The notes: a model not told the origin generated them from the sequence alone. 64,000 nt of DNA from Candidatus Obscuribacterales bacterium (GCA_965228855.1 CBDDIJ010000003.1:2400001-2464000), one strand, 5' to 3'. Numbered from the stretch's first letter, positions 15,608 to 24,764 are shown. Program-made: numbers and translations.

Positions 15608-17326
15608 ATGACAATTATGAACGTGAAGCAAATCGCTGTTCTAACTTTATTCATCAGTCTATCGTTTTCAATCTCATCAACTCTGCCTGCTGACGCCAAA
15701 AACTTGGTAGGTCTATGGAACACAGCAGGCAAGAATGTTTTGCCCCTCGAGTACGACGAAATCAGGCGAGAATCAAATAAGTTTTTCGCGTATAAATCCC
15801 AAGCTGTGGACAATGGAAAAATCATTTGGACAAGAACAGAAGTAGCTCCCGATGGTCAAATCGGAAATCCGCTACTGTCAGAACCGCCACAAAATCCTAC
15901 AACGCCGTCACAATCTAATGTGAAACCGCCGGAAGGCTGGAACGTCCAATCACGTTACGATTTCGGTTATTCGGTATCGAACAATAAGGGACAGCGAGGA
16001 TTCGTAGACGCAAGCGGCAAGTTGCTGGTGATACCAGATACGATGACTTCAGCGGAGCCGATAGGCCCCGGACTTTTTCTCAATCAAGTTTACCGAGACA
16101 ATTCGGAGCCAATCGCCCAGCTTCTCGATTCAGACCTCAAAGTCATATCTGAGATACCCAAAGACTTGGAAGTCTCAGGTGAATACTATAGAGACGGTCT
16201 GCTGATGGTTCGCACCAAATCCGGTATCATCGCCTTTCTCAATACGAAAGGCCAATATCAGATTAAACCAAGCGCGATTACCGCTGCAAGAAAGTTTATC
16301 AATGGCTTCTGCGAAGTTAAATTAAAAATACATGGACAATCAGCGGTCGCGATTATCGATAAGAACGGGAAGATCGTTGCCGGACCTTTTGAAGGAGCAG
16401 GTTTTCACAGACGTGATGACGACGATCAAGTAGTTGTTGAATTCAGGCGGAACAGAGCCGGAGTGATCAGCGTATCCGGCAAAGAGATAATTCCCTTCGA
16501 ATACGACTCCATGAGCGAACATGACGGGCTCTACGTTGGACGCAAAGACGGACATTGCATTATTTTCTCGCACGAGGGCAAAGTGCTAGTCAGCTTCGAG
16601 AACAGCATTACGTCGGTCGTACCCAGCGGTAAATACATCATCTTTAGTCGGAACATCGACACAAAAGGCATAACTGAATCGGCACAGTCAGCCTCGCATC
16701 GCCAGATCCGAACAGGAGTGATGAGGTGGAACGGCCAGGTCATAATACCCGCTCAATTCGAGCGGACAGGTTCAAAAATTCAGGACGGTTTACTTCTGAC
16801 TTATAGCTCTGAGAAATCAATCACAAAGACCGGAGTTGTTAACGTTGAGACCGGCAAGGCGGTCATACAGCCAATCGCTGGGACAGTCACTATAGAAGAT
16901 GGCTACATAATGGTCAGCATGCGAAACAATGTATTTGATGCTGCAGAATTTAAACAGAAGAAAGGTCGCGCGGCTTGGTCCGACTTCCTCCAGACATATA
17001 ACTTGATTGGCATGCGAAAGTCAAAGATTGAGTTTTTGCTGGGCAAGCCGGATAGCGGATATGTTGAAACAGGAAAGAGCCAGTACGGTCGTTACGGACT
17101 GGAATGCGGTTACTGCCTCAACACTTGGCGGGGAGTAGATATCGAATACGACTCAAAGAATAAGGCGATCGGCTGGCGCGAAGTCGAGCGCTCTACTCCC
17201 GACGAATGGCACCGGGATAATGTCGTTATGATCCATTCAACTATCGGTGGAAATCTACGGACCGTACCCAAGAGAGACGCAAAAACGTTTCTTCTGCGAC
17301 AGCCGAAATCGGTGAGATCGACCTGA
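15608..17326 (+). CDS. Exported WG (KWG) repeat protein with a C-terminal BamE/SmpA-like motif
   Basis: Signal peptide; repeats GFVDASGK, AFLNTKGQYQIKP, GVISVSGKEIIPFEYD; LIGMRKSKIEFLLGKPD. Confidence 0.8.
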   Translation: MTIMNVKQIAVLTLFISLSFSISSTLPADAKNLVGLWNTAGKNVLPLEYDEIRRESNKFFAYKSQAVDNGKIIWTRTEVAPDGQIGNPLLSEPPQNPTTPSQSNVKPPEGWNVQSRYDFGYSVSNNKGQRGFVDASGKLLVIPDTMTSAEPIGPGLFLNQVYRDNSEPIAQLLDSDLKVISEIPKDLEVSGEYYRDGLLMVRTKSGIIAFLNTKGQYQIKPSAITAARKFINGFCEVKLKIHGQSAVAIIDKNGKIVAGPFEGAGFHRRDDDDQVVVEFRRNRAGVISVSGKEIIPFEYDSMSEHDGLYVGRKDGHCIIFSHEGKVLVSFENSITSVVPSGKYIIFSRNIDTKGITESAQSASHRQIRTGVMRWNGQVIIPAQFERTGSKIQDGLLLTYSSEKSITKTGVVNVETGKAVIQPIAGTVTIEDGYIMVSMRNNVFDAAEFKQKKGRAAWSDFLQTYNLIGMRKSKIEFLLGKPDSGYVETGKSQYGRYGLECGYCLNTWRGVDIEYDSKNKAIGWREVERSTPDEWHRDNVVMIHSTIGGNLRTVPKRDAKTFLLRQPKSVRST

Positions 17327-17437
17327 CGAATCGATCAAAGCGAATACCTGAGGGGCGCAGAGAAGTGAACCCATCCGCGGACTCCTGAAGTCATCGTTTT
17401 TGCTACTATGGGTGTATTCGCAGCTATCTAACTCTTC

Positions 17438-19127
17438 ATGCTTACAAGAAACAAAAGAACTCTGATTCTCGGTGTGCTGCTCAGTGCGGTGTTCATCGCA
17501 TGCGGCGCGCAGGTTTGTACAGCCAAGCAGCTCGTCGGTCTTTGGAATACGCATGGAAGGCAGATTCTCCCGATCGAATATGATGAAATCCGAAGAAGTG
17601 GCGACAAATTTGTCGTTTCGAAATCCGTGACAAACGACAACGGTGTCACCACGCGAACTCAGTTTGAGATCGACAAAACTGGCAAACGTCTCACACAGCC
17701 GCATCCAGTGCCACCAGCAAAACCTTATCAGGCAACAACTGAAACAAAATTTGCTGTTCCGCCAGGCTGGACGGCCGCGCGAAATTACGACTTCGGATGT
17801 AGCATCTCAAAAGACCAGGGAAGAACCCTAGGGTTTGTCGATATAGAAGGCAAGCTCTCCGTTTTGCCCAAAGACCGTTCGATCATTCCTGTAGGTGCAG
17901 GTCTTTTCATGGAGAGCTCATACCCGGACGTCGGTGGTGAGATTTTCTCGCTACTAGGCCCTGATTTCAAAAAAATCGCAACTTTACCTCGAGAGATACA
18001 GATTCTGAAGGACGAGTACAGAGATGGTCTCTTAAAAGTTCGCACCGCAAATGGTGCCATCGGATTTATAAATACCGCGGGGCTTTATCAAATCAAACCA
18101 CTCAATATCTTTGAGGCCGACGATTTTAGAAATGGCATCTGCAATGTTGAGATCAAAACTCGAGACGGAAACGCAGCCGCAGTAATAGATAAAAAGGGCA
18201 AAGTGCTAGCGGGTCCTTACGCCAACGCAACATTCCCATTCGCCCCCAGGAATACAGAACAGATAGTTGTAGACTTTGCTGCTCAAAAGCGCGGCGGCGT
18301 GATAGACAGGAACGGAACGCCGATTATATCTCTCGACCACGATTTCATTCTGGAGTACGGAGACAAGTACGTCGGTCGTAAGGATGGACATTGGAAAATT
18401 TTTTCGCATGACGGAAAAGTCATTCAGACACTTCCTGAGTCGGTAAGTTACTTAAGCCCCGCTGGAAAGGGTCTATGGGTTTTCGCTGAAGGCGGAACAA
18501 ATTCAAGGACAGCAAACGAATTTCGCGGGAATCCAAATCAAGACAGCAAATATGGAATCATGAGTGACTCTGGTAATGTGGTGGTCCCAGCAAAGTTCTC
18601 CGCAACGTCTGGAGAAATATCGGACGGCTTACTTTTAGTCCACCCAAACACCACTGGGTGATCGGTGGGGCGTGTTGCGTCTAAGCAGCAAAACAGTCTC
18701 ATTCGTGCCAGGCGCGGATGCGATCTCAATGGAAGGTGGATTTATCTTTGCTTACCGAGAATGCCATAAATTTGATGGTGAAATTTGGAAAAACTCGCAG
18801 GGAGGAAACTGGCAAGACTTTCTTTTCACTTACGATCTGATCGGCATGCCCAGAGAGAAAGTAGAAGCACTTCTCGGCAAACCGGCAGCTCCACGAAAGC
18901 GCGTCGAGAGCGGTGCGTCCATCTCACAATACTCTAGGGGGAGAACGGCAGGTTGTGGAAACTCATGCCACGGAGTTCAGATTGAGTTCGATTCCAAAGA
19001 CTTCGCCACTGGGTGGAGAGATGTGACCTTAACAGATGTCGGCGAGTGGAATCGAGACAACGTGCTCTTGATCAATGCTCCACATAGTCAGTCACTGCAG
19101 GTGGTGCCTAAACACAAGCGACAATAG
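17438..19127 (+). pseudogene. WG-repeat paralog split by a +1 frameshift at GGG 18656-18658 (or a sequencing error)
   Basis: ORFs 17438-18661 and 18672-19127 match consecutive parts of 15608-17326; deleting one G gives ...HPNTTGDRWGVLRLSS... Confidence 0.8.
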
Positions 19128-19245
19128 TTCAGTGAATTGAAAACGGAGGCAGCAAACACTTGGAAACTAAGATCAAAAAAATGTTTGCTCGAACTATAAA
19201 TATTTCGTGTACACTTTCTTTACAAAACCTCAATGGTGAAAACGG

Positions 19246-19353
19246 ATGTTGAATTTCGTTCTGCTCGTAACCGCTGTAGTCGCCGCAGTGTTGATAATTC
19301 CAGCATTGATTGGCGTAGCCGTAGGTCTGTTCTACGGGACCGCGGAAAGTTAG
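19246..19353 (+). CDS. Putative 35-aa single-pass membrane protein
   Basis: MLNFVLLVTAVVAAVLIIPALIGVAVGLFYGTAES*; GGTGA upstream; below the ORF-track cutoff. Confidence 0.5.
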   Translation: MLNFVLLVTAVVAAVLIIPALIGVAVGLFYGTAES

Positions 19354-19505
19354 AGGCAACCCGGAATCTTATAAAACAAACGCTGCTTGACTATTCCAAG
19401 CCGCGTTTTTTTTATAAACGCGTTTTTCTTCGACTCCGAATTCTTTGGTCTTAATGACCACGCAGTTTCAATGAATAAACTAAACCCGAATGCCGCGTTC
19501 AGGTT

Positions 19506-20990
19506 CTAAAACGGATCTGGGGTTCCCGTTTGGGGTGACGCCAGAGGCGTATTAAAGATGCTGTTCGGGTCGCTGTCAGCCGAACCTTGAGCGCCCTGCG
19601 AAAAGTTTCCAGATTGAAGTTGGTTCGGATTCTGCAAATTGCCGGGGAAGAAAGTTGATTGTGCCCCTTGCAGAGGTGGCAGAGAACTGCTGTGTCCCTG
19701 AACGCTGGCTGGGAAACCTGGAATTCCAGAAGCAGTTGTACCAGGCATGCCGCCTGGAAAACCGTTTTGAGTAAATGTCGGAGGGGCTCCGGCAGAGGAA
19801 CCGGGGAAACCACCCTGAGCAAAGTTTGGCACCGCCCCCGGTGCTAGTCCGGGAACGCCTGGTTGATTATATCCAGGCATTCCTGGCACCGCTCCTGGTG
19901 TCAAGCCTGGAATATTGGGAACGTTGCCTTGAAGTCCTGGAACTCCGGGCATCGCCCCTGGTGTCAGACCCGGCACCCCGGGAACACCTTGACCGCCATT
20001 CAGTGCAGCGGCCGGATTGTTCATCTTCGCCACGTCCAACATTGAATTCAGTTTTACCGAAACCGGTGTCCCGGCTGATAGAACAAATTCTTTGCCGCGC
20101 ATTGCTTTATTCGTCACCCAGCTGATACCGCCAACCGAGGAGAACAACATGCCTTTTACGGCTTGTCCGTAGTCACCGAAGTTGATGCCTGAATTGCGTA
20201 GCTTCGGTTCTTTCAACTGGTCGTGAGCGGGGTTGCGGTCGATGAAACCGTTGATGCTGGAGGTTCGTCCATCCGGAAAGACTATTGTTTTCAACGCAAT
20301 GGACAAGCGCCCAGGCATACCGAGACGCTGTGTGGCTGCCGGAGCAGAATCGACAACTACTCCCAGAATCTTGGAGTTGGGGGGAACCAGTTCCTCACCC
20401 TCATTCGAGTAGCCATGAGGGAGCAAAATGCTAAAAACATCTCCGCGTTTGCTCTTTATAGATGATAGGTTGGTTTCCGAGACTCCTGTCAAGACGGTAC
20501 CGGGTGTGAGGCGTTTGCCTGCAAACTGTTTGAAGAAATCAGGGGTCACTCCGCCCTTACCGGTCAGGTTTGGAGGCAATATTCCGGGGCTCGTCGGAGG
20601 AGTCCCAGGCGCGACCAATCCGGGTACGGTCCCCATGCCGTCGTATCCACCGGAGGGAGTTCCTTGAAACGTACCGCCCGGAGATCCAACCGGTGTACCT
20701 GGAAAGAGTTGACCAGATGGCACAGTGCCGCCAGTCATTCCCGGAGTTCCCGAACCGTCAGCGCCGCCCGTATACCCCGGCAGCGGATTGCCCGCGGTTC
20801 CAGGAGTCGTGTATCCATTGGCGCCCTGGGTGTTTACACTGCGACCGCCGCCATATGGTGCTGTGGGCGGGGGCTCGTTTCTCGGAATCTGCCATTGTTC
20901 GCGCGCATGGGCTGTCGCGGCCAGGGCAACCAAGAAACCGATGCTGAGAAGCAGTTTAAGAACCGTCGAATTTCCGTTTCTAAGAGACAA
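19506..20990 (-). CDS. Exported Gly/Pro-rich protein with a central TrbI/VirB10-like beta domain
   Basis: Signal peptide; LTPGTVLTG..SS..SKRGDVF...VPPNSKILGVV...GRLSI.LKTIVFPDG; (V/I)PGL(T/A)PGA repeats. Confidence 0.65.
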   Translation of the reverse strand: MSLRNGNSTVLKLLLSIGFLVALAATAHAREQWQIPRNEPPPTAPYGGGRSVNTQGANGYTTPGTAGNPLPGYTGGADGSGTPGMTGGTVPSGQLFPGTPVGSPGGTFQGTPSGGYDGMGTVPGLVAPGTPPTSPGILPPNLTGKGGVTPDFFKQFAGKRLTPGTVLTGVSETNLSSIKSKRGDVFSILLPHGYSNEGEELVPPNSKILGVVVDSAPAATQRLGMPGRLSIALKTIVFPDGRTSSINGFIDRNPAHDQLKEPKLRNSGINFGDYGQAVKGMLFSSVGGISWVTNKAMRGKEFVLSAGTPVSVKLNSMLDVAKMNNPAAALNGGQGVPGVPGLTPGAMPGVPGLQGNVPNIPGLTPGAVPGMPGYNQPGVPGLAPGAVPNFAQGGFPGSSAGAPPTFTQNGFPGGMPGTTASGIPGFPASVQGHSSSLPPLQGAQSTFFPGNLQNPNQLQSGNFSQGAQGSADSDPNSIFNTPLASPQTGTPDPF

Positions 20991-21029
20991 GAAGCTTTCC
21001 CTGGCTGGTTTTGCCGTTATTATTGACGT

Positions 21030-21180
21030 TTACGAGCACATTTTATTTGAATCTAATAATACGCACAATGTGAAGAATACGCAGGGATCGAGATGTTACC
21101 GGTCTTCACACATGATAGAATTTCCAATCGCTTCAGTATCAATTGGGTCGAACGGCTCCCAGCCGTCTGCCTTTCTGAGA
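21030..21180 (+). pseudogene. Decayed, internally deleted copy of rpsF upstream of rpsF
   Basis: TGAAGAATACGCAGGGATCGAGATG(21071) vs TGAAGAACCAGGGCTGCGAAATTG(21360); TTCACACATGATAGAATTTCCAATCGC(21105) vs TTCACACCATCTTCAAAGCTCCGTCGC(21453). Confidence 0.55.
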
Positions 21181-21193
21181 TTGAGCATCGTTA

Positions 21194-21254
21194 TCCCTTG
21201 CCCGTCCTGCAGGACACAACACCTGCCAGATGGGTCGCACACGACCAAAGGGGA
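21194..21254 (+). promoter_or_regulatory. S6:S18 ribosomal-protein autoregulatory leader
   Basis: TCCCTTG pairs with SD-containing CAAAGGGGA; inner CCCGTC/GATGGG stem followed by TCGC, the architecture of the known rpsF leader. Confidence 0.7.
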
Positions 21255-21259
21255 ATTCA

Positions 21260-21592
21260 GTGAGCGACAAATTAGAAACATACGAAGTTGTATACATTAT
21301 TCGTCCCAACCTCGACGAAGAAGGCGTTGATAAAGCTGTCAACGCGGTCGAGGAGTTCATGAAGAACCAGGGCTGCGAAATTGAATCTACCGACAAGAAA
21401 GGCAGAAAGCGCCTTGCTTACGAAGTCAAAAAGATGCGTGACGGCTATTACGTTCACACCATCTTCAAAGCTCCGTCGCAAGCGATCGCGCCGATCAAGC
21501 GCATGATGTCCCTCTCGGAAGACATTATTCGCAACCTCGTCGTACACCTGCCCAAACTGGCACTTCTGGCATCACCGCCAGCACAAATCTAG
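21260..21592 (+). CDS. rpsF: 30S ribosomal protein S6
   Basis: YEVVYIIRPNLDEE...GRKRLAYEVKK..DGYY; GTG start after SD AAGGGG. Confidence 0.97.
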   Translation: MSDKLETYEVVYIIRPNLDEEGVDKAVNAVEEFMKNQGCEIESTDKKGRKRLAYEVKKMRDGYYVHTIFKAPSQAIAPIKRMMSLSEDIIRNLVVHLPKLALLASPPAQI

Positions 21593-21670
21593 TTCGTTTC
21601 GGAGTTTCGAAACGAGGCTCCACCAGATTAGCACCCACAGCCAGAGCTCGAGTAGCAAGGTAGGTTCAAC

Positions 21671-22117
21671 ATGAGTTTAACCAAAATAGTTGTATCAGGA
21701 CGAGTGATAAAGAGCCCTGAAAAGCGCTTTACACCTAACACAAACGTTGCAGTGACTGAGTTTGCAATCGCTGTCGAATCGGCTCCCCGACAAGACGGAT
21801 CGAAAGAAACCACCGCTGTGAAGGTCGTCACCTGGCGAGACCTCGCTGAGAGATGCTCTCAAGAAATCAAAAAAGGCGATTTGGTATGCGTCGATGGACG
21901 CCTCCAAATCAACACACACACATCGTCCGACGGTCAAAAGAAGCGCGATGCGGAAATCGACGCGATAAGCGTTGAAAACCTTTCTAGCGCTGCTGGATCG
22001 GCTGGCTCGGTTTCAGCACCGGCTGAGAAAGTTCCGCAAGGAGCAGCAGTCGGAGCGGCACCAGCAGCCGAAGATCTCGACATGATCTTCGCGAACGACG
22101 ATGAGATTCCGTTCTAA
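21671..22117 (+). CDS. ssb: Single-stranded DNA-binding protein
   Basis: OB fold, KKGDLVCVDGRLQ, C-terminal DDEIPF; lies between rpsF and rpsR. Confidence 0.95.
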   Translation: MSLTKIVVSGRVIKSPEKRFTPNTNVAVTEFAIAVESAPRQDGSKETTAVKVVTWRDLAERCSQEIKKGDLVCVDGRLQINTHTSSDGQKKRDAEIDAISVENLSSAAGSAGSVSAPAEKVPQGAAVGAAPAAEDLDMIFANDDEIPF

Positions 22118-22175
22118 ATCCTGAACGAGTGTGTTTTTTCCAAACCAATTATTTTCATTGAGGAGATACTGACAA

Positions 22176-22415
22176 ATGGTACGTATGCATGGTGATGGTC
22201 CGCCCCGTAGAAGAAAAACTTGCAACTTCTGCGCCGATCAATTGGACTACATCGATTACAAAGATCCGAGCCGTCTCAAGAAGTACATCACTGAAAGAGG
22301 CAAAATCTTGCCGCGTCGCATCAGCGGAAACTGCGCCCGTCACCAACGTGGTTTGACAGTCGCAATCAAGCGCGCACGTGACATCGCCCTTATGCCTTAC
22401 ATGGCTGACGGCTAA
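22176..22415 (+). CDS. rpsR: 30S ribosomal protein S18 (Zn-binding form)
   Basis: CNFC...IDYKD...[21 protein letters not shown]. Confidence 0.98.
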   Translation: MVRMHGDGPPRRRKTCNFCADQLDYIDYKDPSRLKKYITERGKILPRRISGNCARHQRGLTVAIKRARDIALMPYMADG

Positions 22416-22451
22416 AAAGAAGCTCGGTCGAAAGACACGGAACTTTCTCGA

Positions 22452-22483
22452 GGGGCGCGTTTCGACGCGCCCCCACGAGTTTA
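22452..22483 (+). terminator. Hairpin terminator after rpsR
   Basis: GGGGCGCGT-TTCG-ACGCGCCCC; only a short T-run follows. Confidence 0.6.
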
Positions 22484-22487
22484 AACA

Positions 22488-22650
22488 GTGGAGAGTGCCC
22501 CCTGTTTAAGAAACAAGGAGCAAATCACAGTTCATTATGCTTGGCAGCGCTCGGAAAGCGGCACGAATAGCGGTTTCTGTTTCAAAGAAAAGCAAAAACC
22601 ATGCCAAGAAATAGAGTCTAGTGGACTGTTGATTCCCAACTGGTGTAAGA
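22488..22650 (+). pseudogene. Decayed copy of rpsR
   Basis: GGAGAGTGCCCCCTGTTTAAGAAACAAGGAGCAAATC vs GGTGATGGTCCGCCCCGTAGAAGAAAAACTTGCAACTTC; GAAAAGCAAAAACCATGCC vs GAAAGAGGCAAAATCTTGCC; CCAACTGGT vs CCAACGTGGT. Confidence 0.6.
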
Positions 22651-22662
22651 TTTGTTTTACGC

Positions 22663-22745
22663 GCCGAAGTGGTGAAATGGCAAACACGCTACGTTCAGGG
22701 CGTAGTGAGCGCAAGCTCTTGTGGGTTCAAGTCCCACCTTCGGCA
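22663..22745 (+). tRNA. tRNA-Leu(CAG); CCA not encoded in register
   Basis: Acceptor GCCGAAG/CTTCGGC+A; anticodon arm CTACG-TTCAGGG-CGTAG; long variable arm GAGC-GCAA-GCTC; T arm GTGGG-TTCAAGT-CCCAC. Confidence 0.97.
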
Positions 22746-22790
22746 TCCATTTCACATCGACAAACGTTAGTAGTTACGAGAGGTTAGGCA

Positions 22791-23345
22791 TTGAATCAAG
22801 ATCCCCGAGGACAACGTCCAGATCCAAGAAAGGATTTGCCTTTATTGAATGAGCGCATCAGAGTTCGCGAAGTCAGACTCATTGATGCTGAGGGGAGCCA
22901 GGTTGGGGTCGTGCCTACGCGGCAAGCGATCGCCCAAGCCAAAGAAGCCGGTCTTGATTTACTGCTGGTGCAACCCGACGCGAATCCGCCTGTAGCCAAG
23001 ATTATGGACTACGGCCGCTTCAAATTTGAGCAAGATAAACAGACACGCGAAGCTCGCAAGAAACAGCACCAGGCTGACGTCAAAGAAATCAAAATGCGGT
23101 ACAAAATCGAGGAGCATGACTATCAGGTCAAGCACCGCAAAGCCGTTGAATTCTTGAGCCACGGTGACAAAATCAAAGTCGTTATTCCGCTTCGCGGAAG
23201 AGAAATGCAACACAGCAGCATCGCGATGGAACTGGTTCAGCGCTTCGCTGGCGAGTTGAAAGAACTCGGAGCGATGGACAAAGAGCCGAAGATCGAAGGA
23301 CGCGCGATCATCATGATCCTTTCGCCGATCTCCACCAAGCGATAA
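22791..23345 (+). CDS. infC: Translation initiation factor IF-3 (TTG start)
   Basis: NERIRVREVRLID..G.QVG, PPVAKIMDYGRFKFE, VKEIK, GDKIKV..LRGRE. Confidence 0.97.
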   Translation: MNQDPRGQRPDPRKDLPLLNERIRVREVRLIDAEGSQVGVVPTRQAIAQAKEAGLDLLLVQPDANPPVAKIMDYGRFKFEQDKQTREARKKQHQADVKEIKMRYKIEEHDYQVKHRKAVEFLSHGDKIKVVIPLRGREMQHSSIAMELVQRFAGELKELGAMDKEPKIEGRAIIMILSPISTKR

Positions 23346-23429
23346 ACCAAATCAGATCTCGCGACAGCAGTTTGAGTGGGCATCCATCGGTTCTGTAGAA
23401 TCCGTCCGGCGTGTTGGAGCAGTCTCTTA

Positions 23430-23978
23430 ATTTAAACGTCCCTGTGAGGTCAGATCTCGCCGCGGGCACTTAAGGCTGCTTCTACTGTCAGTAGATTCTC
23501 ACGGTTTCCGTCATCGTCCAACAGTGTTATCCGCACCCAGTGGGTGTTTTGAGAAATTATGTTTCTTGGAATTCGGTCTTTCGCCAAGCCAGGAAGTTAT
23601 GTCGAATTCGCCTTCTAAAAGACCCATTCCTGTGGTTAAAGCTGGAATGGTACAGCCTCTACGCAACACTTAGCGGTCCCCGAACAACGGCCGCCACTTC
23701 ATCTACCACCAGTAGAAGCAACCGCAAGGGGTCCCGCCGACTCACGTCAGGTTAAGCATAGTAAAGTAGTGAATATTTTAGACTCAGTTCAAAATTCGAA
23801 CGCCATCGATAGTCGCAATCCCGCTCCGGCGTGGAGATGTACTGATTTCGGTGTGTCGATGAGCCTATTTTACCGACCGGGTGATCACCTCGAAAACGAA
23901 GCTACGGTAGATAACGAGCCCAGTTTGGTCGGGCGAAGTATTATAATTGTCCTTTCGCCGATCTCTTTCCGGAGATAG
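23430..23978 (+). pseudogene. infC: Near-full-length decayed, frameshifted tandem copy of infC
   Basis: QVKHSKVVNIL/QVKHRKAVEFL; IPLR in a shifted frame; DNEPSLVGRSIIIVLSPISFRR*/DKEPKIEGRAIIMILSPISTKR*; exact 16-mer TCCTTTCGCCGATCTC at 23317 and 23950. Confidence 0.85.
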
Positions 23979-24032
23979 GTGTTTGACTAGTTCGAGCCTG
24001 AGCAATCAGGCGTTTAAATTCGGTATACAAAC

Positions 24033-24242
24033 ATGCCTAAAATGAAGACCAACAAGGCGGCTGCCCGTCGGTTCAAAATCACCGGCACAGGCAAGATTCT
24101 CCGCAAACAAGCCGGCACCCGCCACATCAACGAGTGGATGTCGCCTAACGTTAAACGGAAACTGCGTGGCTGGGCTGGCCTCGATAAAGACGTAGAAAAA
24201 CACGTCCTCGCTATGTTTCCTTATCGCAAGTACCTGAGATAA
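24033..24242 (+). CDS. rpmI: 50S ribosomal protein L35
   Basis: MPKMKTNKAAARRFKITGTGKI. Confidence 0.97.
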   Translation: MPKMKTNKAAARRFKITGTGKILRKQAGTRHINEWMSPNVKRKLRGWAGLDKDVEKHVLAMFPYRKYLR

Positions 24243-24356
24243 CTCGGTACTGCGGTAGATTCATCAGCGCGTGAAGTCTAAGGGACTCTCCTCCCCGATG
24301 GCAGGCGCGCTTGAGTGAGGTCTGTGTTCCAAATCAATCAAGTAGGAGATTGAAAA

Positions 24357-24731
24357 ATGGCAAAAGTAAAACGCGGAAACGTGCTGAAGAATCGGCACAA
24401 AAAAATTCTGAGATACGCAAGAGGCTTCCGCGGCTCCAACTCTAAGTTGTTCATCTCAGCAAACCAAACGTTGATGAAGGCATGGAGAAACGCCTTCAGA
24501 GACAGAAGAAAACGCAAACGTGACTTCCGCCGCCTCTGGATTGCCCGCATCAACGCAGCATGCAGAAGCCACGGAATGGTCTACAGCAAACTGATCAACG
24601 GTCTCACAAAAGCGAACATCGAAGTGAACCGCAAGATGCTTTCGGAAATGGCTATCCATGACAAAGCAGCTTTCGCGAAACTCGTTGATATCGCTAAAGA
24701 TACTGTAGAAAAAGCAGCAGCAGCCAAGTAA
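24357..24731 (+). CDS. rplT: 50S ribosomal protein L20
   Basis: MAKVKRG...[21 protein letters not shown]...NRKMLSEMA. Confidence 0.98.
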   Translation: MAKVKRGNVLKNRHKKILRYARGFRGSNSKLFISANQTLMKAWRNAFRDRRKRKRDFRRLWIARINAACRSHGMVYSKLINGLTKANIEVNRKMLSEMAIHDKAAFAKLVDIAKDTVEKAAAAK

Positions 24732-24764
24732 GACTGACTCTTCTGTTTTAATCAGAAAAGCTCG

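Noticed and set aside
22663..22745. tRNA-Leu as an integration site
   Set aside because: I saw no repeat of its 3' end elsewhere, and it is followed directly by infC
23346..23978. Gene/ghost pairs as diversity-generating retroelement TR/VR pairs
   Set aside because: Differences are not adenine-specific (CCG/CCC, TCC/TCT), indels are frequent, and there is no reverse transcriptase in the window
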